Assembly (NCBI GenBank): GCA_036269375.1
Contig: DATASE010000101.1
Coordinates: forward strand, 1,915 to 65,914
Reading direction: 5' to 3'
DNA length: 64,000 nucleotides
DNA from: Solirubrobacteraceae bacterium
GTDB taxonomy: Bacteria; Actinomycetota; Thermoleophilia; Solirubrobacterales; Solirubrobacteraceae
Below are positions 60,585 through 64,000 of the stretch, piece after piece (within the stretch, counting starts at the first letter, position 1; each line of letters starts with the position of its first letter). The position numbers were made by a program, and so were the translations under genes. Under the pieces are notes generated by a model that did not search any database, was not told the origin of the DNA, and saw only the letters and a list, made by a program, of their open reading frames with translations.

Positions 60585-61386
60585 AGCCGGCGTCGACCGG
60601 GATCGTCGCTCCGGTCACGTGTCGGGCCCCCGGTGAGCACAACCACACGATCGCTGCCGCAACGTCGGCTGCGCTGACCAGCGAGCCGAGCGGATGGTGG
60701 GGGAGAGAGAGCGCTTCGTAGTCCTCTCGCTCGACGCCCATCATCGATGCCACACCGGCAAGCATCGCCGAGTCGAGCTCGGGGTCGTCTTGCACCGAGG
60801 TTGGACAGACGGCGTTCACGCGGATCGCCTGAGGCGCGTAGTCGAGCGCCAGCGCTCGCGTCAGGCCGATCAGACCGTGCTTGGCGGCGACGTAGTTCGA
60901 GAAGAACGGAAAGGCGACCAGCCCGGCGGTCGAGGCCACGTTGACGATCGCTCCGCCGCGGCGCTCGATCATGTCCGGCAGCACCGCCTTCGCGCAGCGC
61001 CAGGGGCCGCTCAGGTCGATGTCGATCATCGTCGTCCAGTCGTGCTCTGCCAGTTCGTGGGCCGTCGCACCCGCCGGCCCGACCAGGCCGGCGTTGTTGA
61101 CGAGCGCGTCGATCTTGCCGAGCTCGCTGTGAGCGCGTGCTACCGCATCGTCGATCGCGCTCTGCTCGCGGACGTCCACCACCGCCGTGCTCACGCGCGC
61201 CCCGAGTGCCCGGCAGCGTCGAGCGCTCTCCTGCAGCTGCTCCTCGGTTCCGAGCGGGTAAGGGCACTCCTCGATCGGAGCGCAGACGTCGGCCAGCAGC
61301 AGGTTCGCTTTCTCCTGGGCGAAGGCAAGCGCGCACGCGCGCCCTACTCCGCGTGCGGCTCCGGTTATGAAGACGGTGCTTGTCAT
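60571..61386 (-). CDS. SDR oxidoreductase, resembling the mycofactocin-coupled subfamily
   Basis: ITGAARGVG, DVCAPI..CPYPLGT.E.L insertion, NNAG, YVAAKHG. Confidence 0.85.
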   Translation of the reverse strand: MTSTVFITGAARGVGRACALAFAQEKANLLLADVCAPIEECPYPLGTEEQLQESARRCRALGARVSTAVVDVREQSAIDDAVARAHSELGKIDALVNNAGLVGPAGATAHELAEHDWTTMIDIDLSGPWRCAKAVLPDMIERRGGAIVNVASTAGLVAFPFFSNYVAAKHGLIGLTRALALDYAPQAIRVNAVCPTSVQDDPELDSAMLAGVASMMGVEREDYEALSLPHHPLGSLVSAADVAAAIVWLCSPGARHVTGATIPVDAGFTAR

Positions 61387-62330
61387 ACCGTGGCCGTCTC
61401 CTGCTCCCAGCCGAAGTCCGATCCGACCAGCTCGTATAGGCGCTCATTGTGCGGGCGGAAGTACTCGCTCAGCGCCGCGCGCTCCTGCGCACCGATCGCG
61501 TCATAGTGCGCGGAGTGCAGGTGAGGCAGCTCGCCGTACTCGTGCTCGGGCAGCTGCAGGAACTGCTCGACGCCGGCGAGCGCCTGGCGTGGGTCGCTCG
61601 CCAGCTGCTCGAGCGTGAGAAAATGAAAGCGTTCACGCGGAAAGAACTCGAGCCAGCGCTGCAGCTGTTCGGCGTAGCGGCCTCGCATCAGGTAGGACCA
61701 ACAGCCGATCGGCCAGCTGTTGTACCAGCTGTCGCTGAGCATGCGCGAGCGCTCGCCCGAGAGCCGGTCTTCCTCGGCCGCCACGGCGGCGGCGAAGGAC
61801 TCGAGCGGCTCCTCTTTCTCTCTGCGCGACATCTGAAACTGTGAATAGGCCCGGTCCACCGGGTTTCGCAGCGTCACTAGCAGCTTGACCTCGGGCAGAA
61901 GTGCAGCGACGCGCTCCGGCGCCCAGTGGTGGGAGAGGTAGGGGGGGCTGGCCTCGCCGGTCAGGAACGTGCGACCGCGCTCGGCCGTGAACAGCGATCG
62001 CTCGCGCTCTGTCGGGAAGTGCTTGCGGTACCAGTCGGTCCCGCGAAAGTAGTTGTAGTCGAAGAAGTGGACCTCCTTCTTGGAAGCGGGGCTGACGAAG
62101 GGGTGCTCGCTCAGCCACGCGAACAGACTCGTCGTACCGGCCTTCGCAGCGCCGATGATCAGGAAGTCGGGCAGCACGCGTCCTCGACCCGGACTGCGAC
62201 CGCTCAGTGTGAGCAGGCCGTTGCAGCGTCGAACGAGCGAGCGATAGACCGGCTTTGGCAGGCGACGACGGGCGTGGATATCAAGCTCGGCCAGCCTGCC
62301 CGCGACCCTGGCCCTGGTGGGAGTGCTCAT
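61383..62330 (-). CDS. PAPS-dependent sulfotransferase (heparan-sulfate sulfotransferase-like)
   Basis: PDFLIIGAAKAGTTSL, KEVHFFD, GEASP.Y, LRNPVDRAYS. Confidence 0.92.
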   Translation of the reverse strand: MSTPTRARVAGRLAELDIHARRRLPKPVYRSLVRRCNGLLTLSGRSPGRGRVLPDFLIIGAAKAGTTSLFAWLSEHPFVSPASKKEVHFFDYNYFRGTDWYRKHFPTERERSLFTAERGRTFLTGEASPPYLSHHWAPERVAALLPEVKLLVTLRNPVDRAYSQFQMSRREKEEPLESFAAAVAAEEDRLSGERSRMLSDSWYNSWPIGCWSYLMRGRYAEQLQRWLEFFPRERFHFLTLEQLASDPRQALAGVEQFLQLPEHEYGELPHLHSAHYDAIGAQERAALSEYFRPHNERLYELVGSDFGWEQETATV

Positions 62331-64000
62331 GCCGTGCTGCCGGCCCCGTGCAGCTCCGGCGCTGTCTCGCGCAGGTGAGCTTCGATCCGCTCGGCGACGA
62401 ACTGCACAGCCGGCTCTCTCATCGCGTCGCGGTTGTTCTTGTGCTCGCCTGGGACCGCGAGCGCCTGCACTCCTCCGCGCGCCAGCTCTCCCCAGCCAAG
62501 CTCGGGGTCCTCGTAGAGCCCTTCACCGTGGAAGACTGTCAGCTCGCCGGGATAGGGACTCGGTGTGTAGGCGCGCTCGGCGCGGGCGTGCAGGCCGAAG
62601 AAGAACTGCTCGCGCGTGCGCTCGGGGATCGGCCGCGAGCGAGCCAGCGCCAGGCGCACCCGCAGCTGGTCGATTCGCCCGCCGGCGTGCCAGGCAAAGG
62701 CTTTGAACAGGCGCCGGGGCTCGCGCACGGCTCGCAGCAGTCGCTGCCTGCCCGTCATCCTTGGCGGCCGGGGGCGCTGCGCTCGCAGTGAAGGCTGGTT
62801 GCCGAACCAGCCCCATCTACCGATCCACGCTGGGCTCGGGCCGTTGAACAGCGCGACCATCCGCACATCCTCGCCCTGTGCCTGCAGTCGTTGCGCCAAC
62901 TCGAACGCGACGATCGCCCCGAAGCAGTACCCGGCCAGCAGCCACGGGCCGTCCGGGTGCACCTGGCGCATCTCGGCGAGGTAGTGGGTGGCCATCTCCT
63001 CGACTGTCTGGATCGGCGCGCTACCGCCGTACAGCCCACTGGACTGCAGGCCGTAGAAGGGCTGCTCGGGCCCGAGGCGGTGCGCGAGCGGCTGCAGGTG
63101 AAGGATCGTGCCGGCGCCGCCGTGGATGCAGAAGATCGGCGGCCGCGAGCCCAGCGGCTGGATCGGCACGAGCGAGGTCCAACGCGAGGAGGCCTCGCCC
63201 TCCTCGATCAGCCGTGCCAGGCGCTCGATCGTCGGCGCCCTGAAGATCGCGCCAAGCGGCAGGCTGTCGCCGAGATCGTGCTCGATCGCGGCAAACAGGG
63301 TCGCCGCGACGATCGAGCTGACGCCGAGATCGAAGAAGTTGTCGCTCACGCCGATCGGGTGGATGTCGAGCTCGCGTTCCCAGATCGAGGCCAACCTGCG
63401 CTCGAGCGACGTACGCGGCGCGATCAGCTCGTGTGCGCCCGACCGTTCGCGGACCGGCTCCGGTAGCGCCTTACGATCGACCTTGCCGTTGGGGGTGAGC
63501 GGGAACGCCTCCAGGGCAGTGACGGTGGCGGGCACCATGTAGTCCGGCAGCGATTGGGTCAGATAGCTGCGCAGCTCGTGCGCCGGTACCGCCTCTTCTT
63601 CAGGGCGCTCGCCGACGGTTACATAGGCTGCCAACTCCGCGTCGGCTCCCTCCCCACGGGCGACCACCACCGCTTCGGCGACCCCCGGGTGGCGACCGAG
63701 CACGGTCTCGATCTCGCCGAGCTCGATGCGAAAGCCGCGGATCTTCACCTGGTGGTCGATACGCCCGAGGAACTCGACCGCGCCGTCCTTGCGGTAGCGG
63801 GCCAAATCGCCCGTCCTGTAGATCCGCGCGCCTGGCGTCGGGTCGAACGGGTGCGCCACGAATCGCTCGTCGGTGAGGTCGGGACGCCCGCGGTAACCGC
63901 GGGCCAGTCCCTCGCCGCCGATCCACAGCTCGCCCTCTACGCCGAATGGAACCGGCGCGAGCTGCGCATCGAGGATGAAGAGAGTGGTGTTGGCGATCGG
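62327..64000 (-). CDS. NRPS termination protein ...A-T-TE (5' part outside the window)
   Basis: Frame open to the edge; GELWIGG.GLARGY, YRTGD, TPNGK; T motif FFDLGVSS; TE motif GYCFGA. Confidence 0.92.
   Translation of the reverse strand, partial: PIANTTLFILDAQLAPVPFGVEGELWIGGEGLARGYRGRPDLTDERFVAHPFDPTPGARIYRTGDLARYRKDGAVEFLGRIDHQVKIRGFRIELGEIETVLGRHPGVAEAVVVARGEGADAELAAYVTVGERPEEEAVPAHELRSYLTQSLPDYMVPATVTALEAFPLTPNGKVDRKALPEPVRERSGAHELIAPRTSLERRLASIWERELDIHPIGVSDNFFDLGVSSIVAATLFAAIEHDLGDSLPLGAIFRAPTIERLARLIEEGEASSRWTSLVPIQPLGSRPPIFCIHGGAGTILHLQPLAHRLGPEQPFYGLQSSGLYGGSAPIQTVEEMATHYLAEMRQVHPDGPWLLAGYCFGAIVAFELAQRLQAQGEDVRMVALFNGPSPAWIGRWGWFGNQPSLRAQRPRPPRMTGRQRLLRAVREPRRLFKAFAWHAGGRIDQLRVRLALARSRPIPERTREQFFFGLHARAERAYTPSPYPGELTVFHGEGLYEDPELGWGELARGGVQALAVPGEHKNNRDAMREPAVQFVAERIEAHLRETAPELHGAGSTA

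Noticed and set aside
33698-64000. Calling the cluster a conventional siderophore locus
   Set aside because: No uptake system, Orn hydroxylase, TauD or iron-box seen in the window; kept only as a possibility

Overview
High-GC bacterial window, probably a deep-branching actinobacterium (Thermoleophilia/Solirubrobacterales-like; inferred from GC, the long Alu-type SRP RNA and recR-ask linkage). There are three zones. (1) 1-10.4 kb: a double hybrid histidine kinase, decayed IS110/IS66/IS1380/IS481 elements, tRNA-Val(CAC) and a convergent methyltransferase plus putative endonuclease pair. (2) 10.4-19.3 kb: housekeeping genes (FKBP, ffs, dnaX-ybaB-recR, ask) with two interposed genes. (3) 19.5 kb to the window end: a large locus that mixes surface-polysaccharide genes (priming sugar transferase, Wzm/Wzt, sulfotransferase, nucleotidyltransferase) with a fragmented NRPS, a prolyl/pyrrolyl-carrier cassette, an FkbH-ACP-MaoC/SDR cassette, a BtrH-like acyltransferase, two Cys-type thioesterases, two paralogous secreted proteins and a regulator set. 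The best candidate for an undescribed system is zone 3: a thiotemplated peptide (predicted X-Thr-Asp-Asp-Gly-Orn-like) that may decorate an exported glycan. All family calls and A-domain codes were read by eye, without database searches.
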